Below are positions 1 through 12,095 of a stretch of DNA of 64,000 nt, in pieces; positions within the stretch are counted from its first letter, which is position 1, and the number at the start of each line of letters is the position of its first letter. The translations under genes were made by a program, and so were the position numbers. The stretch is from assembly GCA_028534125.1 (NCBI GenBank), contig CM052852.1, positions 77,438,001-77,502,000 of the forward strand. The letters run 5' to 3'. The stretch comes from Lama glama (taxonomy: Eukaryota). The notes below the pieces were generated by a model. It worked only from the letters and a program-made list of their open reading frames with translations. It was not told the DNA's origin and searched no databases.

Positions 1-1839
1 ACTGGGCTGTAGCTCCAAACCACTGCAGCCAAGTTCACAAAAGGAACATGAACACGTGTTTTAATCAACAAATGGTAAAGAGGAGAGGGAATAGAGAGGG
101 ACATGTTCTGTAATGTCACTGAGGGACCAATGACTTGGATCTGCATCCTGATTTCTTCACAGCAGATGAATTTGGTTTAAAGAAAGAAAGGGAAAAAAAG
201 GATTGCAAAACTCTTGTTGAATATGTCATGTAGCACAGCTACTGGCTTATTCTTGTGCCATGGCATAAAGACGTGAAATGCTTCTTGAGGAACTCATAGA
301 TTTCTTTTTTTCTCCAGTGAGATACTGACTCAAAAGCATCTTTCCACATCCTCCAAATTATCTCCCTGCTTTCTTCCTTCTGCTAGAACCATGGCCAGAA
401 GCTAGAGAACATGCTATCACTATATAACAAAAGCATCCTTGTCTTGAATATTGCAGAGGGAAATTCCACCTTTCTTTCCAGACTTCTGCCTCTGTTTATC
501 CCCTTAACAGCGCCTCCACAGGGGAAGAGGACTTGATATCCTTATTGGTCAAAGCCTGAAACATAGATCGTGTCACATTGAATGGTACATATAGTTACTG
601 TCCCAGAATTCCTTTCATAGCTGTCTTTCACTTATATGTCTAGAAAGGGTCTATATTGTTGATGCAGATTCAATCATCCTCCTCGTCTATATCTTCTTCT
701 TTCTTACATTCCTGCCTCAGGAACAAACTTGGCATTCTTTTTGACTTTTTTTCTGTGCCACATCATGTAGCTGGTCGGGTCAATGGATTCAGGGCCCTTG
801 TTGCGACCCAGCTTCTCTCTCTCCTTCTCTCCCATTCACTCTCCACTTATCATCTGCCCCAAGCAGGCAGATCTAAGTACACTGATCCCAAAATTAGGAT
901 TAGGGGGTAGGGGTGAGTAAGAGACTCCATTAAGCCTCGAGCTTAAACCTCATCACCCCATTCAGTTCTTTGCAAGGATTACTGAGTACCTGCTCAGCTG
1001 TCTATCAATGAAGTAGTAATCAGATTCCCATTTGGTTATGGTTCTTTGCACATAGCTTCCTTGACACAGAACTCTGGAAGAAGGAGGGATCACTGAGAGG
1101 GCAGGAACCAAGGGTCTTAAAGACCTGGGCTATATTACCAATCTGAGACTATCAATATGATATCTATAACTACTATTCTGGACTTGGAGATTTATCTTGC
1201 CTGGATTACTAAAATAGACACCTGTCTGTTCTTCTCACCTCCATTTTCATTTTTCTCTTGCCCATCCTTCTCGTTTTAGCTAGACCAAACTTCCTAATTA
1301 AAAAATCTTTTCATATTACTCCTTTCCTTAAATGCATTTATTTGTTTGTTTATCCTTAGCATGACTTTGAAGGCTTGCTAATCTGGCCCTGGTCAACTCT
1401 AAATGAGTTGTTCTCAAAATCTGTCTCAACAAGAATCACTTGGTGTTTTTGTCCTTCCCCAGAAACAGATTCAGTAAATCTGAGGAGAAGCCTGGGAATC
1501 TGCAATGGAACAAATGCCTTATATTGTTCTAATACAGATATCCTGGGTACTGCACATTGAGAAGCACTTCCTTGTGGTGGTACAGACTGATCTTCCCGCA
1601 TCATTTTGTTCTCCTCCTTGGCTGACTCCCTCTGCTCTTCCTGAAATATTGTGTTCATAAACTGATAAACTCTTGAGTTAGAATAAACCTTAAAGATCAC
1701 TGAAGTGCCTTTCACACTCGATGCAGGCATTCCCTCCACAGCTTGTCTCACAGGTAGGTATCCAGCCTCTGTACCTGATTACACTGTTAAATGGCTCTGC
1801 AAAATCCCAAATTTCATCCAACAGGAGAATCACCCAGGG

Positions 1840-2355
1840 GTAGTAGAAAAAGCACTAGATCTGAAGTCAGAATTTAGATCCTGATTGCCACTTTTTAGTT
1901 GTGTGATCTTAACCAAATCACTTGATCTACCTGCAACTTGGTTTCCTTTTCTATAGAAAGTGTTAATGTGAAATTCAGTGCAGCGTAACAGTTAAGAGTA
2001 ACTGGAGCCCAGACGGAGTGGAAATCAAACCTTGGCTCTACTAGTTGCTAGATGTGTGATCTTGGCATGTTACTTAACCTTTCCATAACTCAGGTTAGTC
2101 ATCTGTAAGGTGTACCTGATAATAAGAGTAACCAACTCATGTGGTGAAATGTAAATGAGTTTATATGTGCAAAGTGGCTGGCATACAGTAAACACAATGT
2201 AAGTGTTAACTATTACTATTTTCTATTAAATTGGGGGTAAAATTCTTGGAGTACTCTTGCAACTACCTCATAGGGTTGGTATAAAAATTAAAATCATATG
2301 AAATAATGTATAATAAAGTGTTCAATAAACTATGAAGTGCCATATAAATGTTATC
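1840..2355 (+). mobile_element. MIR SINEs (a near full-length copy at about 1980-2220 nested in another MIR)
   Basis: MIR core tgtgtgatcttggcatgttacttaacct...catctgtaa; the flanking pieces 1840-1960 and 2230-2355 continue a second MIR. Confidence 0.8.
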
Positions 2356-2614
2356 AGATTTAGTTGAAATCTGTTAGTTCTAAAACTAACCTCAGACTGC
2401 ACAGAATAAACCAAATACTTCTTCTACATAACAAAGCTGAAGATAGCTTACCCCGTACCCCCAGGCTTAACAGCTTCAGTCTTTTCAACAGTTCCCTATA
2501 TCACATAGCTTATGGTCTCTTCATCATCTTGGTCATACTCTATGGATGCATTGTATTTCATTATTTATTTTTATTCATCAAAATTTCATGATTCTAAGCA
2601 CTATGCTACATATT

Positions 2615-2748
2615 ATTTTTTATATATACATTCTATTAAAGTATAGTCAGTTTACAATGTTGTGTCAATTTCTGGTGTACAGCATAGTGCTTCAGTCATA
2701 CATGAACATACATATATTTGTTTTCATATTCTTTTCCACTGTAAGTTA
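2615..2748 (-). mobile_element. 5'-truncated L1 3' end with TSD
   Basis: Antisense L1 3'UTR (aaagtatagtcagtttacaatgttgtgtcaatttctggtgtacagc); direct repeats tatgctacatatt (2602-2614) and tatgctgcatatt (2749-2761). Confidence 0.8.
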
Positions 2749-2857
2749 TATGCTGCATATTAGAGATATAACAATAACTGAAATACAGTTCCTACCCTCA
2801 AAAATGTTGTCCAGTGGTCAAAATGGTTAAAATATAACATGAAAACTAAATATTACC

Positions 2858-2918
2858 TTATACCATACACCAGAGATGACTGACACATTGTAATTGACTA
2901 TATTTAAATTAAAAAAAA
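2858..2918 (+). mobile_element. Very short L1 3' terminus with poly(A) and TSD
   Basis: tacaccagagatgactgacacattgtaattgactata followed by an A tract; flanks aaaactaaatattacc (2842-2857) and aaacctaaatgttacc (2919-2934). Confidence 0.7.
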
Positions 2919-3384
2919 AAACCTAAATGTTACCAAAGGACTGGCTGGGCCAACATACCTCTTCCATTGTATATAGTACATATTTATCAATGTAGATTAA
3001 GGCTCCATTAGCATGGCTGATCAGTGTTGATTCATACTGAGCATACAGTCAAATGATCCTCTAGGATTTACACATTAAAACTCATGTTGGATCACATCTT
3101 CTGTACCCTACATTTATACAGTTGACTTTAAACCCACGAGTTCGGACTTGAAATTTATGCATCTTAAATGAGCTATTATCATTTTCACCCCATCATTCTA
3201 AACCATAAAAACTTGCCATATCTGCAGAGTTAAGAGGCATGCTATCTATACCCTGATGAAAATGATGAACAGAACACCGTTAGAAATTTCCTTTCTGATT
3301 GACATACATTCATTAGAGTTATTCAGCTATTTATGGAACCACGTTAACACTATTTCCATACAGCTCACATTCCAGGCACTCAAA

Positions 3385-3635
3385 TAATAATAGCTAATGC
3401 TTATTGATCAATTAGTAGATATCACTCTAAAGTCCTTAGATATTGCTCCAAATTTTTTACATGTGTAAGTGTCTTACCCTCAGAACAATCCTATGAAATA
3501 AGTGCTACTTCTATTTTGATTTTATAGATCAGAAAACAGAGGAACTGAGAGATGATGTCAATTGCCTGAGAACCCACAGCTAATAAGTGGTAGAGCTATG
3601 ATTTTAAACCTGAAGTCTAGTGCTATAGCCCACAT
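3385..3635 (-). mobile_element. MIR SINE
   Basis: Antisense MIR pattern aataatagctaatgcttattga...ttttatagatcagaaaacagagg...cacagctaataagtggtagagct. Confidence 0.8.
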
Positions 3636-4799
3636 GCAATCACTGTGATATTCCTGTTTTTGTTGTTGAACAAATGAAATGGAATTAATAACTAGGCACA
3701 ACTCAACCCTTGCTGAAGCCATGCTGAGAGCCCTCATGATCCTCACTATCTTTTTTAGCGTTTATAATCAATTTCTTTATGAATCCACTAGAGATTTCCA
3801 CTAAGAATTGATGTCAACATCACTGGCCCATAATTTCTAGAATCTGACCCTCTCCTTAAAAAAAAATCAGATTACCATTACTTTTGTAATTGCATTCAGT
3901 CAGAGATCCCTCTTATTGGACTAATATGGTGTTTCTCTGACCTATGACTAAGCAACCTGCTTGCATATCATAATTAAAAGTCAACTTCCAGAATTTCATT
4001 AAATTTTTAATGAGTGTCCTTGGCAGAAAGGCAGAAAGCCTAACTAAAATCTCAAAAACGGCTCTTTAAACCCATTCACTGAGAAAGAAAATGAAGCAGA
4101 AGACAAGAAAGTTTATATTCCAAGCAGACATTGGTAATTATCACATTGGACCACGCATCTGTCTAGCCACCTTCTGTTCACAAGATGAAATTAAAACTGT
4201 TGGTGTGCTGGCTTGCTATTCCTGTTAGTTACAGATTCCTCTTATGTGCCTGCAGGTAGGGATGCTCTGCATTGCTGTTTCATTTCACTGACATTTTGAG
4301 AAAGCAGAATGACCCTTCTGTTTTTATTTCCTAGTCCCTGATAGGGTCTGTTACCAGATCGCCCCCAGAAAAAGCTATTTATTGCTATCTCTTTTTATTG
4401 TTTTTTCTTTTATCTTCCTGCTAACTTTCCGTGGAGAAACTTTATGTGAAGACTTGATTGTGTGGGAAAGTGAAAAAGTGGCAAGAAAGGAAATAAATTG
4501 CTGGCTTTTATTCTTGGATACGCACTGTGGCAGCTTTTTGGCCAAAATTCTTCAAGTCCTTATCAATTTTGTGGGAAATTATTAACTCCCAAAATTGAAA
4601 AAGTAAATCCTCAAAAAAATTTAGATTATTGTTTTCCAACTTGTGTACTGCAGAACATGAGTTCAGAGTTAATTTTTAAAGTGTGTTTTAGCGGGAGGTA
4701 GTTGAATTCTCAAGCAAGTTTTGGAAAATTTTTATATCATATTTTCTACATAAGTGGATGTTATTTACAATTTCAATAAATTTTAATAATCCAATTATT

Positions 4800-5350
4800 C
4801 ACAATTTAAATTTGGCAAGTGTTTATTGAGCATCTACTGGGTTCCAGGTACTCTTGCAGGATCTGGATATAGAATGATGACTAAGGCTTATATGGTCCCT
4901 ACCCCCATGGAGCTAACATCCTAGTTGGAGAGACAGAAAATATACAAATCCAATGAATAAATAAATAAGATAATCCTAACTAATAATAAATGTTTCAAAT
5001 TAAATAAAAAAGAAGGATGAGATTTAGCATGGCAGGAGGATATGCTGGAACTACCTTAGAGTCATTAGGGAAGGGCTCTCCAAGGACATGATATTTGATC
5101 TGTAATTTATGACTATTCCATTGGAATAACAAGAGGAAGAGTCAGGAATAGAGAACAGTAAATACTGGAAATTCCCTGAGGCTGGAAAAAGTTTAGTGTG
5201 TTCAATGAACAGTAAGGAAGCTGATGTGGCTAGAGCAGAGTGTTCAGGGCAAGAAGTATACCAGATGATGCTGAAAAGGAAGGCATGGGCCAGTGCATGG
5301 TAGGGATTAAATGATTTTGAGCAGGAAAGTGGCTTAACTCAATTTACATC
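4800..5350 (-). mobile_element. L2 LINE 3' fragment
   Basis: Antisense L2 tail tttattgagcatctactgggttccagg...atggagctaacatcctagttggagagacag followed by a purine-rich body. Confidence 0.8.
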
Positions 5351-6119
5351 AAGATTTTGAGCAGTTCCACCTTAAAGAAATCTGCTTAGAATTTTTAATC
5401 CAGTAGTTCCCAAGCACATTTGATCACTAAAGACTTTTATCCCTATAGAATACATTTTCATATCTTGCGTTATAGTATCCTATAGCACACCAGTTTAGGA
5501 AACATGTGAGATAAATTTTTGAGTGAAATAGTCATTTTGCAGTATTATGGAATGTTTGAGGATCTACTGAAAATACAAATATACACATGAGTATGAAGAG
5601 ACAGATTATCTAAGCAAATACAGACCTTTTTGGCTCTAGGTTTAGACAGGAGACTGAGTAGATCATAGAGTTGGGTTGGATTTGAGGAGAAAGGAGGTTA
5701 GAGTTCTTATATTCTTACACAATAACTGTATACTCTCTTCTCAAACACTGACACTGATTGTTGTCAGGAAGACTTCTATTTCATCTGTTTTCTCTCCAAC
5801 CTTTGCTCATAGAGGGTTCCAAAGGAAAAGTATTTGGACCTAAAGCAATGTTTGTGTGCTTCGCTTCAAGAAGCAAATCAGTAATGCACCACTATTTCTT
5901 ATAATATGCATCTTTCAGAATAGGAAAGGCTAGATGGAGGAGTGAGTAAGAAGAGACAACTAAGTGGCATGTGAGAGAAACAGGATATTCAAGTTGAATC
6001 TATGGGGCTCACAACATGATGGGTGCCAGGGTCTTTCCACAGGCAATGTCATCTTCTCCTTGTCATTTTAAGGATGATGGCAAGATTAACTTGAGAGGAA
6101 CAATAAGAAATCTATGGGA

Positions 6120-6360
6120 GACAGTCTAGTTGAGTGGTTAAAAGCACAGTCTTTGAAATTAGACTTGGGTTCCAGACCCAGCTCTGACAGTTACTACGTG
6201 GCTTCAGACAAGTTAGTTAACCTGTCTGAGACTTGGTTTCCTCATCTATAAAATAAAAATGATAATAGTATCTAGTTCAAAAAACTGTTTAGGGGATTAA
6301 ATGTGATTACATATTTAAAGAGCTGTGTGCAGTGCCTCACAGAGTATGTATTATAAAATG
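6120..6360 (+). mobile_element. MIR SINE
   Basis: agtggttaaaagcacagtctttgaa...gggttccagacccagctctg...tttcctcatctataaaat. Confidence 0.85.
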
Positions 6361-6420
6361 TCTCTGTTGTCAAATTTGTAAATGCCTACACCTTTGGGAG
6401 AGGAGACTGGAAATGCAGTT

Positions 6421-6633
6421 CAGTGTTGCCTGATGGAAGTTTCTGAAATAATGGAAATATCCTTTCTCTGAACTGTAATAGCTTAGCCACTAACCACATA
6501 GGACTGTTGAACACTTAAAATTATTCTAGTACAACTGAGGAACTAAAATATTAGTTCCATTTAATTTTTATTAACTAAAATTTAAATTTAAGCAGCCATG
6601 TGTATCTACTGACTACCATTTTGGACAGTGCAA
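6421..6633. mobile_element. hAT-Charlie MITE (MER3/MER33-like)
   Basis: cagtgttgcctgatggaagtttctg...aatggaaatat...tagccactaaccacat...ttaaatttaa...actaccattttggacagtgc matches the recalled MER3 layout. Confidence 0.75.
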
Positions 6634-6929
6634 CTCCAGGTGTTGAGAATTCTGGGACTGATGGAAAGAGATAATATCTGAAACACCTCTGGATTTGAAG
6701 AGGAAGGAGCAAAGAGGAAAAAGAGGGTAGACTGTAAAGGGGAGACAAAGAGAAGGGATGAAGCTTCCAAAAGCATTAAGACAAGAATAAAAGAAATGTC
6801 ATTCTTGGTTCTATCATCCAGTCAAATAGAAACTTTATATAGATGCCACCTATGGCATCCTCTGAAGAATTTGAGGACTAGGCCCGCTACATATACACCT
6901 TTCCCTTGGATCTAGAATTCAAAAATTAT

Positions 6930-7100
6930 TTTTCTCAGCCCTTCTTGACCCTTTTTCTATTTTCAGCCTGCATCATTTCCTAAGGTAATGGGTTCCATAT
7001 GTTTACCACCTGCTGGATAAAGTGGTATTTCTACTTTATTGCTTTCAAGCTACCTCCTCTAGCTCCAAGTAATAGTACTTATCTTTGATGAGTTCCAAGT
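6930..7100 (-). mobile_element. Ancient CR1-type LINE 3' fragment
   Basis: ggtaatgggttccatatgtttaccacctgctggataaagtggtatttc resembles the conserved antisense CR1 3' motif (gagttccaca...tgtgtgaagaagtacttc). Confidence 0.5.
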
Positions 7101-7999
7101 ACTTTAAAGATATCCTCAAATAACCCAACGACAAGTGAACATGTCAATTCTTCTCCTGAGAGTCTTGGCTAATATAACTGCATTTGGTCCTCAGGGCACT
7201 CAGGGTCAGATGGGGCATTCTGAAGTGTCCTGGTTTCTCCTAGCCTGCCTTAGCACTTGAAACTCCTCTGATTAGGATTTTCTGTCTGGTAAAGACTTTG
7301 CTTTTAGAAACCCATTAAAATGCAAGTGTGTCACAACTGAAGCCAAAAACAACCACTTAACACCTTGACTTACTTTTTTTCTACATTGAATTCCAGAGAC
7401 CTGGGACTATGTGAGCTTGGATTTGGAAAGAGCAAATGGGGAAAGGCCCAGATCATGAAGGATCTGCTGTCTAGCATGGGGTACTACAAAATAATAAGTA
7501 CAAAGGTCTTATATATCTGTACAGGAAGCAAAAAGAGACAACTGAATAAAAGCATCAAACACCACCAATGTCAACAAAATTTAAGGTTTTACCTCCTCCA
7601 CAATAGGCCTCTTTTTGTTTTTTCATTGCTTCATCAAGGTAAACCAAGTTACAGAGTCCAGAAGCCACAAGATGAAGCTGTTCTAATTCCCTTCACAATG
7701 AATGATTCACTAGTGATAAGGGGTAAAAACTAATGTTTCATTGGACTGATAATCTTCCCGAGAACTTTATTTGGCCTTTGAGTATTTTCCAGTCAATCTT
7801 CTTTATGTGGAGATTTTAATTGACTCCAGGAAACCCTCAGTTTGGCCTTTTTTGACTCCATTCTCCCTGAATCTGTCAGTAAAAGAGCAATACATCATTT
7901 TGCCCGAGACCTACATCTTGTTAATGACACTGGCCCAGTACAAACTGAGTTCAAAGATAATCAGTATTCAAGTAATGACACTGTTTATAGGACACTATG

Positions 8000-10900
8000 T
8001 TTTCCATTAAATTTAACAAACAGTTCTTGAGCATCTACTATAAGGGATATGAGCATAAATTTTAAAAGAAAGTCCTGTCTTTAAGAAGCTTATGAGATGG
8101 AATATGAGCTTCCTTTGCTCTAAGTCATTCAATACTGACTTATCATATTTTTATTTAGTTTCTAGTGTGCCAAAAACTGTGCTAGGCAGGTAATGGAGAA
8201 CAAGACAGACACATTCCCTGCCCTCAGGGAGCTTTGCATTCCACAAACATTTGTGATTTATACTGGTGTAAGACTCAGCTCATATTAGTTTACCTAACAT
8301 GAAGTCCATTTTTTTGAGTATTTGTCTCATGCCTCCCTTAGGAAAGGCTTGAAAGGAAGAGATGATATTTAACATAGGGTCAGAAGTATTTTAGCAAACA
8401 AATATGAAAAAGAGAGCATTTGAGTCAAAAAAAAAAAAGCCAGCATTACTAGAGCCATGGATGTGTCCAAGATATACAAGTAGTCAGTTTGGAAGTATAG
8501 TAGAGTTCATGAGATAGACAATAAAAGCTAAAGCTGGAAAATCAGATTGGTAGAATGCCAATGAGAGCTTTGAACGCTAGGGCAATAATGCTATACTTAA
8601 TTCAGTAGACGGGGTTCAGTCATATAAGGCCACACATACCTTTAAGGTCTAGAGGTGTTTGAGCAAAGAAATTATGTGATCAAATATGAACTCTTAGAAG
8701 ATTAATCTGGCATCCTGTATGTTGGATGGCTAGGAGGTTCAAGACAGGAGGAGGGGAGAAATGTTAGAAAGTTTCTGTAAAATTCCAGACAAAAGGCAGT
8801 AAGGCCCTTTATTAAGAGGGTGTCAATGGGCATGGAAAGGTCAATGAGTTGGTAAAAGACTAGTTCTAGGTTGGAGAAATCAAAGAGGATGTCAAAGGTG
8901 GGATGGAAGAAAGAATTGATCATATTTTGCTCATTAGTTAGAGATTAAAGATTTGTAAACAAAGTTTGTTTAAATTTCTGGGGGTTTTCTGGAGAGCTTA
9001 TCATTTCAGAAAGGGCTTGGCAACATTAAAAAGAAATTGAGCATCCATTTAATCCATGTTATCTATGGGTATGACTATGTTAAATTCAAAACATGCTTAT
9101 TGAGCATCATCTACCATGTCCTAAGTAACCTTTAGGCACTGGGGCTAAAATGGTGAAGAGAAAGAAGTGTGGTTCCTGCCTCTAAAAGTTTACAGTCTTT
9201 TAATGTAGATAATAATAAAACAGTTATTAATTCAATATATATTGAATGAGTGTGTACTCTATTACAGACTCTAAGTGCTAAAAACATAAAAATGAGCAAA
9301 ACAGGCAAAAATCTCTACCCTCATGGAGCTTGACCATGGGGAGACTGACCCTTCAAATGTAAACAAATAAATAAGATTATTTCAGATAATAATAATTGCT
9401 ATTAAAAATTGAACTAGGTAATAGGATATAGTGGCAGGGGTGATGAGGTTTACTTTATATAGGGTGGTCAAGGAAGTGCTTTTTGAGAAGGGAGCAAATC
9501 ATGCAAAATATCCAGGGGAAGAGCACTCCAGGTAGAGGGAAGAACAAGTATCAAGGTTCTCAGAAGAAAAAGAACATGGCAAGTTCAAGGGAAAGAAACA
9601 AAGCCAGTGTGGCTCGACTAGAATGAGCAAGAGGAAGAGAAGTAGGCAGGGGCAGGCCCATTGAGTGTTCTGTAGGTCGTGGTAAGGAGGTTGGTTTCAC
9701 CCTGAGTGCATTGAGGGCTTTAAGAAGTAGGTAATGTGATTTAGTTTACATTTTTAAAAGGATCACTCTGGCTGTTGTGCTGAGAATAGACTCTAGAGGG
9801 GCAGGAGTAGAAGCAGGGAGACCTGTTAGGAGGCTGTAAATATACAGGTATATCTATATGTCTTTTATCTTTTTATGGAAAAACAATGGTTCTCCCTTAT
9901 AAAAAAAAGAAAGCCTATAATATACTTCCCCATCACTCATCATTTTTTGTTCCAATGCAGAGCAATAACACAAATCCTTCAAAGTAAAAGGTAAAAAAAT
10001 ATATCAAATGTTGGCTATTTAGGCAATTAATTCATCCATTCAACAAATATTTATTGAGTGGCTACTAAGAGCCATGCACTGTGCTAGACCCTGGGGATAC
10101 AAATCTGAGCAAAACAAAAATAATAACTTCCCTCGTGGAGTTTTTTGATCTTGTGTGGGAGATGGATACCTATGAAATGATTATACACAGACATAATCAC
10201 AAACCATGGTTAAGTGTTAGGAAGGAAAATAGGCTGCTCCGCAAGCCTTATTTGTTATATGAACTCTTCTGCAATGAGCCTGTGGTCATCTGCATTGCTG
10301 TTTAAGACTAGGACACATGTAAAAGGGGAAAACCCATTTAGAAAAGACTTTGATTCAGATTTTCAATCTATTATTAGACATCCACCATCAAGTTTTAATT
10401 ATAACTGCATGCCCAATATCAGGAAAAGAATGAAGTATAACTGACTACATTAAAATAAGGGAGTAGCCCCAAAAGGAACTACAACAATACCTTAGAGAGC
10501 CTCCTCAGTACATAGCACAGGGCTAGAGGGTTCTGCAGGAGGACACTGATCAAGCAAGGACACTGCCCTAAAGAAGCTACAGTGTCAAGTCCTCCAAGAG
10601 GCCTTTCCTGATTGTCTCTACCATTCCAAGTCCTGGTAAGGCACTCTTCTATGATGTCCAATAGCACCTGTTCTTTATGACTCTGTGACTCTAGACACCA
10701 TGGCCACTGCTTTTTAACTCTTATTCCCAGACTAGACAATAGATCTCATAAGGCCAGTGACATTGGTCAGCTGGTTCACTGAGGCGTCCCCACATTTCAA
10801 ATAAAAATGGCACATGATGAGTGCTCAATAAATGATGAATTAACAATACAAAGTAAACAACACAAGGTAAAAAGTAGTAAGAACCACGGGGAACATATAG

Positions 10901-11220
10901 ATAAGTCGCTATGGACATTTATTGGAGGGAGCAGATACTTCTAACCAAGACGGATTAGAGAAGGATTAGTAGAAGATCATTTTTGTGCTGGTCTATGAAG
11001 ATCAAACAAGATTAGACGTGGGCATGAGGGAAGAGAGGCCAAGTGAAATGAACAGTGTGAACAAAGGCATGGAAATGGAAAAATGCCAGGCGTGCTTGTT
11101 AAACCAAAAGGAGCACAGCATGGTTAGACAAAGAGAACATGAGAGGAAGTGGTGGGAGGTGATGTTGGAAAAGTAGCTCAAGGGCTGAAGTGTGCAGGGC
11201 TTTGATTGTCAGGCTCAGAT
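8000..11220 (-). mobile_element. Cluster of mostly antisense L2 fragments (about 8000-8900, 9080-9200, 9230-9840, 10030-10220, 10840-11220)
   Basis: Repeated antisense L2 tails (cattcaacaaatatttattgagtggctact at about 10037) and L2 body motifs (ggatcactctggctgttgtgctgagaatagact). Confidence 0.8.
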
Positions 11221-11479
11221 TTGATCATCTGACAGCTGGTCCAATCCACTACCACATACAAGGCTTGAAATCAGAAGATCTGGATTCTAGTTCTAGCTCT
11301 GCCATTTGTCAATTATGTAACTCAAGGAAAATTATTCAACTCTGGTGGTCTAAGCCTGTGAATCATTGCTATAACAAACCAAAATGGGAAATACAGCAAG
11401 GAAAAGGAGGATGCTAGTGAGTTCACTTTTATAGTTGTCTTTTTTTTTTCATCTCTTAGAATCTTTTTTATTTGGTGAG

Positions 11480-12095
11480 ATGTTTCTTTTTTTAAATTGA
11501 GATATAGTTGATTTATAGTATTATATTAGCTTCAGGTATAAAACAAAGTGATTCAAAATTTTTATAGATTATTTTCCATTTATAAAATACTGGCTACATT
11601 CCCTGTGCTGTACAATACATCTTTGTAGCTTATTTATTTTATCCAAAGTAGTTTGTACCTCTTAATTCCATACTTTCCCTTCCCACTCCCACTATCCTTC
11701 CCCCTTTCTCTCCCCTACTGGTAACACTACTTTGTTCTCTATATCTGTGAGTCTGTTTCTGTTTTGTTAGTCATTCATTTGTTTTATTTTTTAGATTTAA
11801 CATACAAGTAATAACATATAGTATTTATCTTTCTATAACTTATTTCACTAAACACAATACCCTCAAGGTCNNNNNNNNNNNNNNNNNNNNNNNNNNNNNN
11901 NNNNNNNNNNNNNNNNNNNNNNNNNNNNNNNNNNNNNNNNNNNNNNNNNNNNNNNNNNNNNNNNNNNNNNNNNNNNNNNNNNNNNNNNNNNNNNNNNNNN
12001 NNNNNNNNNNNNNNNNNNNNNNNNNNNNNNNNNNNNNNNNNNNNNNNNNNTGGGATGCATTTATCTTTTGGAATTAGTGTTTTCATTTTCTCCAA
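11480..12095 (-). mobile_element. L1 3' end (laurasiatherian L1MA/L1_Art-like) spanning an assembly gap
   Basis: Antisense L1 3'UTR (ggtaacactactttgttctctatatctgtgagtctgtttctg); the ORF track shows the ORF2 C-terminal remnant DLEGIVFSEIS. Confidence 0.9.
11871..12050. other. Assembly gap (180 N)
   Basis: Run of N. Confidence 1.

Larger units (their letters stand above)
1680..3880 (-). mobile_element. Fragmented ancient CR1/L3 LINE (pieces about 1680-1800, 2350-2550, 2990-3340, 3700-3880) interrupted by MIR, L2 and L1 insertions
   Basis: Pieces resemble the antisense CR1/L3 3' end and RT region in collinear order, e.g. ccttaaagatcact...gtatccagcctctg, cttcagtcttttcaacagttccctata, tgatgtcaacatcactggcccataatttctagaatc. 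Recognised from memory of the consensus. Confidence 0.6.

Noticed and set aside
768-813. Imperfect hairpin agctggtcg...cgacccagct as a pre-miRNA
   Set aside because: Too short and mismatched, and it matches no miRNA I know.
9230-9247. Perfect 18-bp palindrome attcaatatatattgaat
   Set aside because: AT-rich, centred on a (TA)n core and located at a degraded L2 tail; likely incidental.
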